The notes below the pieces were generated by a model. That model was given only the letters and a program-made list of their open reading frames with translations, was not told the DNA's origin and ran no database searches. Below are positions 63,045 to 64,000 of a DNA stretch of 64,000 nucleotides, one piece after another; the stretch's first letter is position 1, and each line of letters opens with the position of its first letter. Source of the stretch: Mobula hypostoma (Eukaryota); assembly GCF_963921235.1 (NCBI RefSeq), contig NC_086109.1, positions 10,666,001 through 10,730,000 on the forward strand, written 5' to 3'. Made by a program: the position numbers and the translations under genes.

Positions 63045-63600
63045 AGAGTCAGGTTTAATACACCGGCATGTGTTGTGAAATTTGTTGTCTTTGCGGCAGA
63101 AGTACAATGCAATACATAATAGAGGTAAAAAAAAATGAATTACAGTAACAGTATATATATATATATACACAAATGTTTGTATATGTATATATTAAATAGT
63201 TAAATAAGTGGTGCAAAAATAAAAATTTAAGGAAGTAGTGTGGTAGTGTTAAAAGGTTCACTGTGTCTTCAGAATTCTGGCAGAGATGAAGAAGCTATTC
63301 CCGAATCGTTGAGTGTGTGCCTTCAGGCTCCTGTATCTCCTCCCTGATGGTAGCAATGAGAAGAGGGCATGTCCTGGGAGATGGGGGTCCTTATTGATGG
63401 ATGCCGCCTTTCTGAGGCATCGCTCCTTGACAATGTCCTGGATGCTTCGGAGCCTGGTGCCCATGATGGGAGCTGACTGAGTTTACAACTCTCTGCAGCT
63501 TATTTCGATTCTGTGCAGTAGCCGCCCCCTCATACCAGACGTTAATGCAGTCAATTAGGATGCTCTCCACATTACATCTGAAGAAATTTGAAGTGGTGTT
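63045..63600 (-). mobile_element. Rex1/Babar-type LINE 3' fragment
   Basis: IQDIVKERCLRKAASINKDPHLPGHALFSLLPSGRRYRSLKAHTQRFGNSFF. Confidence 0.85.
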
Positions 63601-64000
63601 CATGGATACTATTGAATGGAATAGTGTTATATTTATGATGGAAAGCTGATGGCAGAGGGGGAGAAACTGTTCCTGGATGTGTGGGTCTTCAGGCTCCTGT
63701 GCCTTCTCCTCATTGATGGCGACGAGGAGGGGCATGTCGTGGACGGTGAGAGTCCTCAATAATGAACGCCGCCCTCTTGAACATGTCCTCGGTGGTGGGG
63801 AGGTTCCTGCTGAAGAACTGTGTCCCACTGCAGGTCAGTGCTTCAGAGGGGTTTGGAAAATGGAAAAGAGGACCTGTATTTAGAAAGAATCTTTCACAAT
63901 TTTGCTAATCCATAGAATTTCACAGTAGTTCTGAATGTAATAACTGTTGTACTGTAGGAAATATAGCAGCTAATTGTTCAAAATCTACACGAACAAGACA

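Overview
Eukaryotic, repeat-dominated vertebrate DNA. The repeat set (HE1-like V-SINEs, CR1, Rex1/Babar, Penelope remnants) suggests a cartilaginous fish, probably a ray; this is an inference. There are no prokaryotic features. Most of the window is nested transposable elements: a two-LTR Gmr1-type Gypsy element (11268-16322, minus) with a SCAN-Gag/protease ORF and a collapsed IN-RT region; a near-complete CR1 ORF2 (24970-28757); 5'-truncated L1/Tx1 and Nimb (I-clade, RNase H) LINEs with clear target-site duplications (TSDs); Tc1-, Tigger- and Harbinger-type DNA elements; and solo LTRs. The most striking signal is a dispersed Penelope-derived family carrying a minimal hammerhead-ribozyme motif (consensus cagtc-CTGAYGA-agggtctcggccc-GAAACGTC-gactg). 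It occurs about 15 times, including three 90-135 bp stand-alone inserts with their own TSDs and three head-to-head palindromes. Host-gene content is limited to a CpG island (~60230-61150) with a probable short first coding exon on the plus strand, and a speculative chain of phase-compatible exons on the minus strand. No host gene could be named. Boundaries of old repeats are approximate; boundaries with TSDs were read base by base.
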